The position numbers were made by a program, and so were the translations under genes. The notes below the pieces were generated by a model that saw only the letters and a list, made by a program, of their open reading frames with translations, searched no databases and was not told where the DNA came from. This document shows, piece by piece, positions 31,747 to 41,028 of a DNA stretch of 64,000 nt. Source of the stretch: an uncultured Pelagibacteraceae bacterium (GTDB lineage: Bacteria; Pseudomonadota; Alphaproteobacteria; Pelagibacterales; Pelagibacteraceae). Location: contig CACBTT010000002.1 in assembly GCA_902542235.1 (NCBI GenBank), positions 15,926-79,925 on the forward strand, in the 5' to 3' direction. The number at the start of each line of letters is the position of its first letter. Positions within the stretch are counted from its first letter, which is position 1.

Positions 31747-32543
31747 TTTCACCAATAAGTTTAGCATTTAGAAAAGCAAATTTAAAAAATAGACCTGCTT
31801 TATTAACTTACACTGTTGCAGGTGACAATAATAAAAAAAAATCCTTAGAAATTTTAAATGCAATCACAAATTATATTGATATTTGTGAAATAGGTTTTCC
31901 TCACAATACTCCAATTGCTGATGGTGGTCAAATACAAACAAGTGCATACAGAGCAATTAAGAATGGAATTAAAATTTCAGATGTTTTTGATATTGTTAAA
32001 AAATATAAAAAAAATAAAAATGCTAAGCCTGTTATACTGATGGGTTACTATAATATGATTTATCAATATAATGAAAATAAATTTTTAAAAAAATGCAAAG
32101 AAGTAGGAGTAAATGGTTTAATAGTAGTTGATTTGCCATGGCCAGAAAACAAAAAATTTGCAAGAAAATGTAAGAAAAATTTAGTTAGTTTTATTCAATT
32201 ACTATCACCAACAACCTCATTTGAAAGATTAAAGAAAATTATAAAGGACTCGCATGATATGATCTACTATATAAGCATGTTATCTACTACAGGTGGGAAA
32301 TTGAAAGTTTCTCCCAATGATATTTTGAAAAATTATAAGAAAATTAAAAAATTAAGTCCAAAAAAAAAATGTGTTATAGGATTTGGGATTACGGAAAAAA
32401 ATATCTCTAAACTAAAATTTTCAGATGGTTTAGTCGTCGGAAGTCAAATAAGTAAGGAAATATCAAGGTGTTTAAACAATAGACAAAATCCTGTCACAAA
32501 TGTAAGTAAACTCGTAAAAAATCTACAAAATAAAATAATATGA
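31743..32543 (+). CDS. trpA: Tryptophan synthase alpha chain
   Basis: EIGFP...PIADG, LMGYYN, VDLP, GFGI, VVGS; start placed at ATG 31743, overlapping the trpB stop. Confidence 0.92.
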   Translation: MISPISLAFRKANLKNRPALLTYTVAGDNNKKKSLEILNAITNYIDICEIGFPHNTPIADGGQIQTSAYRAIKNGIKISDVFDIVKKYKKNKNAKPVILMGYYNMIYQYNENKFLKKCKEVGVNGLIVVDLPWPENKKFARKCKKNLVSFIQLLSPTTSFERLKKIIKDSHDMIYYISMLSTTGGKLKVSPNDILKNYKKIKKLSPKKKCVIGFGITEKNISKLKFSDGLVVGSQISKEISRCLNNRQNPVTNVSKLVKNLQNKII

Positions 32544-33472
32544 ATTGGATTACAAAAGCATTAAGTTTTGGTGAAAAGATTAAAAAAGTTTTAAAAAAAA
32601 GACCATCAAAAGAAGATATAGCAAACTCAGACTGGACTAGTTGCTGCAAAGGTCCAGTATTAAAGAAAGATTTAGAGGATAATCTTTGGGTTTGTAATTT
32701 ATGTGGTAAACATCATCGTATAAATTGTAGACAAAGATTTGATATCGTTTTTGGTAAAAATGCTTATGAAATAATTGAAACACCATTACCAGCAGAAGAT
32801 CCTCTTGAGTGGGTGGATACCAAATCTTATAAAGATAGATTAAAATCTGCAAGAAAGAAAACTAATCAAAATTCGGCTGTTATGATAGCTAAAGGTAGAA
32901 TTAATGGAATTGAGATTACAGCTGGAGCTATAAATTTTGAATTCATTGGTGGGTCTGTTGGAGCTGCTGAAGGTGAAGCAATTATTTACGGTGTTCAAAA
33001 CGCTATTGATAACCAGACACCATTTGTATTCTTTCCATGTGGAGGAGGGCAAAGAATGTTTGAGTCGCCTATTGCACTTGCAAATATGACAAGAACTACT
33101 CTTGCTATCAACGAACTTAAAAAAAATAATCTGCCCTATTTAGTTTGTTTTACTGACCCTACCGCTGGTGGTATTACAGCCTCATTTGCAATGTTAGGAG
33201 ATGTTCATTTTGCTGAACCAGGTTGTTTGATAGCCTTTGCAGGAAAAAGAGTTATACAAGCAACTGTTAAGGAAGAGCTTAGTTCTGACTTTCAAACATC
33301 TGAATTTGTAGAAAAGCATGGATTTGTCGACAGAATAGTTGAACGAAAAGATTTAAAAACAGAAATAAGCTTATTATTATCAATATTGTTAAAAAAAGAT
33401 AACGCGGTAAATGAAAAGCAAATAAATGAAACTTCAGACAATATTGAACCGCTTGCAAAAGCTGCATCCTAA
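32540..33472 (+). CDS. accD: Acetyl-CoA carboxylase carboxyltransferase beta
   Basis: MNW, Cys zinc ribbon, FIGGSVG, GGQRMFE, PTAGGITASFA, AGKRVI. Confidence 0.95.
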   Translation: MNWITKALSFGEKIKKVLKKRPSKEDIANSDWTSCCKGPVLKKDLEDNLWVCNLCGKHHRINCRQRFDIVFGKNAYEIIETPLPAEDPLEWVDTKSYKDRLKSARKKTNQNSAVMIAKGRINGIEITAGAINFEFIGGSVGAAEGEAIIYGVQNAIDNQTPFVFFPCGGGQRMFESPIALANMTRTTLAINELKKNNLPYLVCFTDPTAGGITASFAMLGDVHFAEPGCLIAFAGKRVIQATVKEELSSDFQTSEFVEKHGFVDRIVERKDLKTEISLLLSILLKKDNAVNEKQINETSDNIEPLAKAAS

Positions 33473-34691
33473 AGAAATTGATCTCAGTCTAGATAGAGTT
33501 AAAAATCTTTGTAAAAAATTAGGTGATCCTCAAAAAAAATTAAAATACATATCTGTAGTTGGAACAAATGGTAAGTATTCAACTATACAGGCAGTAAGAT
33601 CAATTTTAAAAACAGCCAATATAGATTGTAATATTTATACTAGTCCACATATTCAAAGAATTAATGAGAGATTTATATTTAACGACGTTGAGATATCTGA
33701 CAATGAATTATCTAATTTATTAACAGAAGTTGAAAATGTTAATAATGGAGAACAAATAACTTATTTTGAAATACTAACTGCAGCATATTTTTATCATGCG
33801 AGTAAATTTAAAGACAAAATAAATATTATAGAAAGTGGTTTATTTCACAGATTTGACGCAACAAATATTATTGATACAAATTTATCTAGTATTGTTACTT
33901 CAATAGGTTTAGATCATTTGGATTGGTTGCCAAAAAATGAGAAGAATATTGAAAAAATTGTTTATGAAAAAACTTCTTCATTACTAAAATCAAATATAGT
34001 TGTCAGTAAACAAAGCTCGGATGAAACCTTAAATTTAATAAAAAAAACAATTAATAATAATCAATCAAAAAAAATCGTTTATAAAGATCAATTTAATTAT
34101 TCATTAAATGAAAATGGTTTTATTTATTATGAAGATGAATATGGAAGTTTAAAATTACCAAAACCAAATCTTTTAGGTAATTTTCAAATTGATAATTGTG
34201 CGACTGCTATTGCTACATTAAGAAATTTACAACTGGGAGTAAACGATGAAAATATTAAAGAAGGTATTACTAGGATAAAAAGTATTGCAAGACTTCAAGA
34301 AATTAAATCTGGAAAGCTTAAAAATATTTGTAAGTATAATAGATTATATTTAGATGGATCACATAATCCTTTAGGTGCAAAAGCTCTTAATGAATATTTA
34401 AACACTCTTGAATGTAAAAAACATTTAATTCTTGGAATGATGTCTAATAAAGATCACGAAGAATATATTAGCCATTTTAATAATATATCTTCTATTACAA
34501 CAATCGATATTCCAAACCAGCCAAATGCTATCAAAGGTGAAGAATTAAAGAAAAAATTAAATAAATACCCTAGTGTTAGTTACAAAAAATCTATTGAAGA
34601 AGCTCTCAATTCTCTTAATTCAGAGAAAGATGATTTGATAATGATAACTGGATCTTTGTATCTTGTTGGTGAGCTACTTAATTTAAATTAA
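33426..34691 (+). CDS. folC: Dihydrofolate/folylpolyglutamate synthase
   Basis: GTNGK, YTSPH, DATN, GLDH, LDGSHN, TGSLYLVGE. Confidence 0.93.
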   Translation: MKLQTILNRLQKLHPKEIDLSLDRVKNLCKKLGDPQKKLKYISVVGTNGKYSTIQAVRSILKTANIDCNIYTSPHIQRINERFIFNDVEISDNELSNLLTEVENVNNGEQITYFEILTAAYFYHASKFKDKINIIESGLFHRFDATNIIDTNLSSIVTSIGLDHLDWLPKNEKNIEKIVYEKTSSLLKSNIVVSKQSSDETLNLIKKTINNNQSKKIVYKDQFNYSLNENGFIYYEDEYGSLKLPKPNLLGNFQIDNCATAIATLRNLQLGVNDENIKEGITRIKSIARLQEIKSGKLKNICKYNRLYLDGSHNPLGAKALNEYLNTLECKKHLILGMMSNKDHEEYISHFNNISSITTIDIPNQPNAIKGEELKKKLNKYPSVSYKKSIEEALNSLNSEKDDLIMITGSLYLVGELLNLN

Positions 34692-35008
34692 ATATTTTCT
34701 TTTATAAAAGCAACAATATCACTCTTTGGTGTAGCTCCAACTTTAGTTGCTTTTAATTCTCCACTTTTAAATAAAAGCATAGTAGGAATTCCTCTAACAC
34801 CATACTTAGTAGGCATGTTAGGTTCTGAATCTATGTCATGTTTTGCAATGACAATATCATTTGCCATCTCCTCTGAAATTTCCTCTAAAATTGGTCCAAC
34901 CATTTTACAAGGTCCACACCATTCAGCCCAAAAGTCTACTAAAACAGGTTTCTCATTTTTTAAAACTTGTTCTTCAAATTTTTCATCTGTAACTTTTAAT
35001 GTTGCCAT
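34688..35008 (-). CDS. trxA: Thioredoxin
   Basis: DFWAEWCGPCK, GIPT. Confidence 0.97.
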   Translation of the reverse strand: MATLKVTDEKFEEQVLKNEKPVLVDFWAEWCGPCKMVGPILEEISEEMANDIVIAKHDIDSEPNMPTKYGVRGIPTMLLFKSGELKATKVGATPKSDIVAFIKENI

Positions 35009-35074
35009 ATACTTTATATATAAATAAAAATTTTTTTATCAATAGTTAAAAGAGAAATGTTAAAATTATCCACA

Positions 35075-36508
35075 TTAAACATTTTCATACTTTTTCTGTA
35101 TTGACATTGCATATTCATTAAACTCGTCTAGTAGCGATAGCTTTTCGTTATCATTCTCATTAGTATATTTTTCTCTCAGAGTATCAATTTCTGTGTAGAG
35201 CGTTGGAATTGTCCACCATTTTTCTTTCTTTTCACTCAAAATCCGCCTTGCAATTTCTCGTTTTATTGTTTTAAGCATGCTCTCGGGTAGCACTTCGGGT
35301 GCCTCTTGATATATGATTTTTTTTCCAAAACCTACTAAACGATCATCATCAAATTTATCTAATAATTTAAGTTTATCTTTCCATGATGCTGCATGCCAAG
35401 CAGGAAATAAGGCGGTATCTTTGTTTGATGTAAATTTAGTGTAGATACTTTCTTCAGCATATATATCCTCTTGAGTTTTAGACTGTTCTTTTTCTTCAGC
35501 TAATTCTCTTAATGCATGAAGTATATTTTGAGAAAATTTCTCATTATTTTTAACAATATCTGCTCTTTTATTGATTAATGACTTATCTATGTCTCTATAA
35601 GGTTCTGCTTTCATACCGTATTTTGCATTAACAATAATTGGGGCCTTATTAGATCTAATAGTTCTTAAGAACTTAGGAGACTTTTTCATTTCAACTTTTA
35701 GCTCATTTATTGATAAACTTAATAAAGGCTCAATATCAATCCTTAAGTCAAATGCATAATACCAACCGGCATATATTGGATGCATACAATATTTTTGATG
35801 AAGGGGTGCAACTAGATGAAGTCTAGATTTACCATAATAATACTCATTTAAAGTAATAATTTCCCCTTTCTTAATTATAGTTTCAGTGTCAGATTTATTG
35901 GCAGTTTTGAAGAAAGATTCCCAAGTCTCTGGTTGTTTTTTTTTGACAATGTTTAAAACTTTAGCTGTCATAATACTATCACTTAAAGCACTATGGGCAT
36001 TGGTTGAATCTATACCTTGCATTCTAGCTAACGATTCTAATTTAAATACTGCATTATTTTTTTCATTAGTTTCTACTTCTAAAACTGAAGGATCTATTGC
36101 ATAAGCTGCACGAGCAATGTTAATACCATCATGTCTTTTATTTGGAGCTGCATTTGTTAAATATGGATATCTAATACCCTTGAAAAACTCTTTTCTTATC
36201 ATTTCATCATCAAATCCAATATTAGACCAACCAAGAAATACTGCAGGGCTCCACTTTTTAAATATTTTTTCAACTTCTGCTAACATTTGATAGTGAGAAA
36301 GATTAGTTTGAGTTAATTGCTTTATCGATGTTCTATTTACAATAAGTGCCATGGCCTGAAAGATTTCTCCTTCAGGTAAACTGCATCTTAAATTAAATCT
36401 GTCTTTCTCTTTAAAATTCTCATCAACTAAAACTCCACCAATTTCAATGATGCTCCCAAAGTCCGTACTTGCACTCGATGATTCTATGTCCCAAATTGCT
36501 AAATTCAT
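35075..36508 (-). CDS. sbcB: Exodeoxyribonuclease I (DEDDh)
   Basis: WDIESS, GWSNIGFDDEM, FKLE.L..AHSALSD, RSNKAP. Confidence 0.8.
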   Translation of the reverse strand: MNLAIWDIESSSASTDFGSIIEIGGVLVDENFKEKDRFNLRCSLPEGEIFQAMALIVNRTSIKQLTQTNLSHYQMLAEVEKIFKKWSPAVFLGWSNIGFDDEMIRKEFFKGIRYPYLTNAAPNKRHDGINIARAAYAIDPSVLEVETNEKNNAVFKLESLARMQGIDSTNAHSALSDSIMTAKVLNIVKKKQPETWESFFKTANKSDTETIIKKGEIITLNEYYYGKSRLHLVAPLHQKYCMHPIYAGWYYAFDLRIDIEPLLSLSINELKVEMKKSPKFLRTIRSNKAPIIVNAKYGMKAEPYRDIDKSLINKRADIVKNNEKFSQNILHALRELAEEKEQSKTQEDIYAEESIYTKFTSNKDTALFPAWHAASWKDKLKLLDKFDDDRLVGFGKKIIYQEAPEVLPESMLKTIKREIARRILSEKKEKWWTIPTLYTEIDTLREKYTNENDNEKLSLLDEFNEYAMSIQKKYENV

Positions 36509-36632
36509 AATTTTATCCTCAAATTCGCTAACATTTTATAGGTTTTTGGAAAGTTTTTTTAAGACTTAACCATTAGCATATAAACGATTAGCTCAGGTAT
36601 TAATAGCTCTTTTATGGATAGGTTACGCAAAG

Positions 36633-37319
36633 TCAAGATATATTATTCAATTCGTAAAACTTTTTAACCCTTCCTAAAAATAAATTTTGATACATTTCCA
36701 ATTCAGCTCCCTCAATTTTAAATTCTTGGAACAAAATATCTTTAGTACATAATAATATTATTCCTGCTTTCATTTTAGTTCCATGAACAACATCATGAGC
36801 TAAAGTGTATGCCCCTAATTGTAAAAAATAATCCTGAATATAATCTGTTTTTTTTGGTTTATTGGCTTGCTTAAAATCAATAATTACATTTTTTCCTTGA
36901 TAAACTCCAATAAGGTCTGCTGTTCCTGCGTACTGTTCAGGATAATAAAGAATTTCCTCCATTCCATATATTTCCTCTAATTTTCCATTAATTCCCTTTT
37001 CAATGATTTCTTTAGCCATATTTTTATATTGTTCATTGCTTTCAAAAAAACTCTCATTAATTTTTCCTCTTAAGAATTCTTCTATATAAGAATGCATAGA
37101 AGTTCCCCTGCTCGAGGCCTCTGTTTTAATTTTGTTACTTTCTTTCACACCAACCCTTGAGATCCAGTTAGCGAGTGCAGCTTTTTCCTCTTCAGATTTT
37201 GTTGCACTTAAAATTGTTGTTACACTTGGTAGCTTATTATCTCCCAATAAATACTTTCTGTAACCATCTTCTAAAGATCTAGAAGATTTTGGGTAATTAA
37301 ATTTGTTGCTCCACTTCAT
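36633..37319 (-). CDS. Phage-type PD-(D/E)XK exonuclease (MGME1/lambda-exonuclease-like)
   Basis: LPSVTTIL, W..RVG, RGTSMH, E, YAGTADL, IDFK, QLGAY. Confidence 0.8.
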   Translation of the reverse strand: MKWSNKFNYPKSSRSLEDGYRKYLLGDNKLPSVTTILSATKSEEEKAALANWISRVGVKESNKIKTEASSRGTSMHSYIEEFLRGKINESFFESNEQYKNMAKEIIEKGINGKLEEIYGMEEILYYPEQYAGTADLIGVYQGKNVIIDFKQANKPKKTDYIQDYFLQLGAYTLAHDVVHGTKMKAGIILLCTKDILFQEFKIEGAELEMYQNLFLGRVKKFYELNNIS

Positions 37320-37327
37320 TCATTTTT

Positions 37328-38428
37328 TTATGAAACTTTTCTTTTTTCAACTTGTCCGTAGCTGCTTATTGGTGACGGTGTATCTGGATCTGGATCATCA
37401 TCATCATTTGGATTTTTTATAGAATCAATACTTCTATTAATTGCTCTTGCATCTTTACCAAAACTATCAACAACTGACATAGCTTCCTCTAATTTTTTTC
37501 TTAAAACCAAAACATTGTTAAAATGCATATTAAATCTTGTGCTTATTTTTTTTAGATGATCATATATTTCTGATGCATGTTTTTTAATTCTTAAACTTTG
37601 AAAACCCATATGCAGAGATTGTAAATAGCCAGATAAATTGTTAGGACCCATAATAGTTACTTTATATTTCTTCATTAATTCTTGTGTTAGTAATTCTTTT
37701 GTTGAAGGATCTTGATAATTGGCTAACTCTAAAAATAAACTTTCAGTTGGAGCATAAACAATTGCAAAGTCAACGGTCTTTGGAGGAACTATATATTTTT
37801 CGTTAACACTTTTTGCCTTTTCTTTAAAAACTCTTGCAAGTTTTGTTCTAGCCTCAGCAATAGCTTTTTTATCATCTTGTTGGTGTGCATCTTGAATGGC
37901 CTTGTATTTTTCTACAGGAAAATGGCTATCTACTGGAACCAATACACCATGTTGAAGTTTAATTGCAAATTCAACATTTTCATTTGTATCTTCTTTCATC
38001 TTTACGTTTGATGAATACTGCGATGTTGGCAATATATCTTTCAATAAAGAATCCAAGCTAAATTCCGCCAAAGTTCCATATTTTTTTACTCCAGCTAAAA
38101 TTTTATTAATACTTTTCTGACTTTCGTTTAAATTTTCAACTTGGGAATTAAAAGCTGCAACTTTCTCATCAACTTTTGTCAGAGCTGCTGTCATATCTTT
38201 CGTAACACCAGTTGAAAGATTATTAAAAGATGAAGACATCGAACTTAAAGATGTATTTATAGTAGTATTCAAACTATCTTTTAATTTAATTATTTCAGCA
38301 TTTAGATTGGCTATCTCATCAGCTTTGTTTTCATCCTCTTTTTTTGTATTTGATTTAATATTTAAATAAAGGATAAATAAGGTCGCTACTAATATTGAAG
38401 CTAAAATAATTATTAAAATTATATCCAT
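37328..38428 (-). CDS. rmuC: RmuC-family DNA recombination protein
   Basis: N-terminal TM and coiled coil; G.LAE..L, VEFAIKL, PVDSHFP, KYIVPPKT.DFA..Y.PTE. Confidence 0.88.
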   Translation of the reverse strand: MDIILIIILASILVATLFILYLNIKSNTKKEDENKADEIANLNAEIIKLKDSLNTTINTSLSSMSSSFNNLSTGVTKDMTAALTKVDEKVAAFNSQVENLNESQKSINKILAGVKKYGTLAEFSLDSLLKDILPTSQYSSNVKMKEDTNENVEFAIKLQHGVLVPVDSHFPVEKYKAIQDAHQQDDKKAIAEARTKLARVFKEKAKSVNEKYIVPPKTVDFAIVYAPTESLFLELANYQDPSTKELLTQELMKKYKVTIMGPNNLSGYLQSLHMGFQSLRIKKHASEIYDHLKKISTRFNMHFNNVLVLRKKLEEAMSVVDSFGKDARAINRSIDSIKNPNDDDDPDPDTPSPISSYGQVEKRKVS

Positions 38429-38469
38429 GATTCGTATGTTACACTTACTTAATAATATTTAAAGTTTAT

Positions 38470-39141
38470 TTAAAATACTTTTAAAAGTTCTATTTCTTTA
38501 TTTTTTTTTGAGGTCATTAAACACGCTTGGGATTTAAGAATTATTCCGTCTTTTAATATCCTTAATTTATTAGCTTTTAAAGTTGCTCCTGTTGAAGTTA
38601 TATCAGTTATAATTTCTGATGATCCAGTAAATGGATATATCTCTGTTGCGCCAAGGCTCTTCACCAATTTAAATTGTGTAACTCCTCTTGAGAACATGAA
38701 TTCTCTAGTTAGATTTGGGTATTTCGTAGCTATACGTAATCTACTTCTTTTTTTATCTTTAAATTCAAAAGCAATTTCTTCAAGGTCAGGCATTGTCTGT
38801 ACATCTATCCAATCATCTGGGATTGCAACTACCAATGTAGCTTCTCCAAAATCGTACTTTTTTTTTACAATCACCTTTTTTTGAATGTTAATTTCGCTTT
38901 CCATTAATAAATCATATCCAGAAAAGCCAATATTTAACGATCCATCTGCAAGACGTTCTATAATTTCTCTAGCATGCAGATAATTAATAACTATATTTTT
39001 CTTTCCTTTAATAAATCCAAATAAATCTCTCTCACCTCTTTCAGAAAGAATTTTTAACTTTTTTTTTTTAAAAATATCTAAAACACCTAATCGTAATCGT
39101 CCTTTACTTGGTATGCCAATCTTAATTATATTTTTACTCAT
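38470..39141 (-). CDS. hisG: ATP phosphoribosyltransferase, short HisZ-dependent form
   Basis: GIPSKGRL, IATKYP, GATE, DITSTGATL; no C-terminal regulatory domain; start placed at MSKNII. Confidence 0.93.
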   Translation of the reverse strand: MSKNIIKIGIPSKGRLRLGVLDIFKKKKLKILSERGERDLFGFIKGKKNIVINYLHAREIIERLADGSLNIGFSGYDLLMESEINIQKKVIVKKKYDFGEATLVVAIPDDWIDVQTMPDLEEIAFEFKDKKRSRLRIATKYPNLTREFMFSRGVTQFKLVKSLGATEIYPFTGSSEIITDITSTGATLKANKLRILKDGIILKSQACLMTSKKNKEIELLKVF

Positions 39142-39979
39142 AGTTATATTTAACCAACTCCTCTTGAAATATATCATTCATTTTAATTGTTAAATCCTTA
39201 TCTAGTAATTTTCTATAATCGTTATTTATTCCTAAATTAAAAAATCTAATTTTTTCTTTAGAATTTTTCTTAGTTAAAGCTTCAAAAAATCCATTCCTCT
39301 TCTCAAGACTTTGTAAATTTTCAAAGTCACAATTTGTAATTACTTTTTTAGCTTTCTCTCTATCAAATTTTTTTGTGTTATTTGTAATTTTGTTAATAAA
39401 TTCAATTATTTTTTTTAGAGTAGAAAAAGTTTCATTAGTTAAATCCTCGTATCTGACAATTATTGTCCTAAAAGATTTATTTTCTACCCAAGACCGGACA
39501 TGAAAACTCCAAGAAAATAAAGGGACAAAAGCTTTAAATTTTTCATTCTCTCTGTCCACTAAAGCTTTTTTTTCACTGATCATAAATTTTAATGAATCTT
39601 CTAAGCTCAATTGGTAATGATTTGATAAAGAAGTTATTAAGTTTCTTGGATCTCTTAAAATATAAATTGCTCCAAGAGTATTTTTGCTATCTGTAAATGG
39701 ATTTTCATTGATTTTACAATTAGCAGCATGTGTTTTAAAAATTCTTATTTTTTTATCTTTGTTGATATCAATTTGTTTCTCTATCCAATATTTAGAAAAA
39801 TCCTCTGGTTCTACAATACTATTTTTAACATACTCAAAATATTTTGGTGAAGGAAATTGATCAATTTTGTTTAACATGCCAAAATTGAAACTACCATTTG
39901 GTGAAAAATAATAGCTTGCCAATAAAGATCTCAACCAAGTATTTCCACTTTTGGGATATGAAGCTAACCAAATTATCAT
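39134..39979 (-). CDS. PAPS-dependent sulfotransferase (Sulfotransfer_1-like)
   Basis: 5'-PSB motif ASYPKSGNTW, KTH, 3'-PB motif RDPRN...S, W..HV.SW, RYEDL. Confidence 0.88.
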   Translation of the reverse strand: MIIWLASYPKSGNTWLRSLLASYYFSPNGSFNFGMLNKIDQFPSPKYFEYVKNSIVEPEDFSKYWIEKQIDINKDKKIRIFKTHAANCKINENPFTDSKNTLGAIYILRDPRNLITSLSNHYQLSLEDSLKFMISEKKALVDRENEKFKAFVPLFSWSFHVRSWVENKSFRTIIVRYEDLTNETFSTLKKIIEFINKITNNTKKFDREKAKKVITNCDFENLQSLEKRNGFFEALTKKNSKEKIRFFNLGINNDYRKLLDKDLTIKMNDIFQEELVKYNYE

Positions 39980-41028
39980 ATTTTTTTTAAGTTAATTGCC
40001 GCTCCAACAGCTGGGATATTTTTTTTAAAACCAAGGTCTTTAATTAAAGTGTCATATCTACCACCTCTAATATTCAACTTCTCAGACTTTGAATTAATAT
40101 CAATCTTAAAAACTAAGCCAGTGTAATATTCGAGATGTCTTCCATAAGAAGAATTAAATCTAACGTTTAATTTATTAATTTTATTTTTAGTTATTGGGAA
40201 ATAATCATCCTGAATTCTAAGATTAATTTTATTTTTTTTAAAAAATAAATTTAACTTTTTAGATGCTTGACTAATAGGACACTCAATTTTTAAGTATTCT
40301 TTTAAAATTTTTACTACATTACTTCCTTTTTTTGTTCTCCTTGGATCTTTAATTTTTGAGTCAAATCTTAATAAAATTTCTTCTAATGATCTTCCTGCAA
40401 CTTCTTTTTTTTGGTTTCCATTAATCATTCTAAAATATTTTCTTTTATCTACCTCAACAATTGTTGGATCAATATCAGAGTTGGTCTCCAATCTTTTTAG
40501 TAAATCATTAAAATATTTTTCTCTCCAAAAATGACGTTTTAATCTTAATTTCCATCTTGCCGGACAATCCAATTTATCCAACAAAAGTCTGAAAATTTCT
40601 ATGTTGCCTATTACTAAATTTCCGCTTTTATATTTAATTTTTGATATTGTTTTTAATGAAGTTTCTATTATTTTTTTATCATCTTTTTTTTCAGTAAATG
40701 ATCCTAATATTTCAAAACCAATTTGATTTCTAATAACAGAGTCTTTTTTATTTAATCCTTTTCTAAATGCTTGACCACTATAAAAAATTTTTTCACTACT
40801 TTTCTTATTTTGATTTAAATATCTAACACAAGATGCAATTGTCAAATCAGGTCTTAAACAAAGTTCATTTCCTAATTGATCATTAAAGGAAAATATAAAT
40901 CTTTTAAAATTTTCTCCTGATCTTTCCAATATTAAATTTGTGTCAATTACTGTATCAAGATCAATATATTTATAACCATTTGACTTAATTACTTTTAAAA
41001 TATTTTCAGATAAGTTTTTTGATTTCAT
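39976..41028 (-). CDS. hisZ: ATP phosphoribosyltransferase regulatory subunit
   Basis: LCLRPDLT, Y.G..FR, QIGFE, YYTG..F, GGRYD; HisRS paralogue without anticodon-binding domain. Confidence 0.88.
   Translation of the reverse strand: MKSKNLSENILKVIKSNGYKYIDLDTVIDTNLILERSGENFKRFIFSFNDQLGNELCLRPDLTIASCVRYLNQNKKSSEKIFYSGQAFRKGLNKKDSVIRNQIGFEILGSFTEKKDDKKIIETSLKTISKIKYKSGNLVIGNIEIFRLLLDKLDCPARWKLRLKRHFWREKYFNDLLKRLETNSDIDPTIVEVDKRKYFRMINGNQKKEVAGRSLEEILLRFDSKIKDPRRTKKGSNVVKILKEYLKIECPISQASKKLNLFFKKNKINLRIQDDYFPITKNKINKLNVRFNSSYGRHLEYYTGLVFKIDINSKSEKLNIRGGRYDTLIKDLGFKKNIPAVGAAINLKKI

Noticed and set aside
36509-36632. Spacer upstream of sbcB with TTAACCAT and a repeated GAGCTA
   Set aside because: Only a CtrA half-site, and no convincing hairpin or ORF; not distinguishable from background.
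36633-37319. Cas4 / CRISPR interpretation of the PD-(D/E)XK nuclease
   Set aside because: It lacks the four Fe-S cysteines, and no cas genes or repeat-spacer array are visible in the window.
37370-37410. GAT/CCAGAT microrepeats at the end of rmuC (DDDDPDPDTP)
   Set aside because: A short in-frame low-complexity tail with no sign of phase variation.
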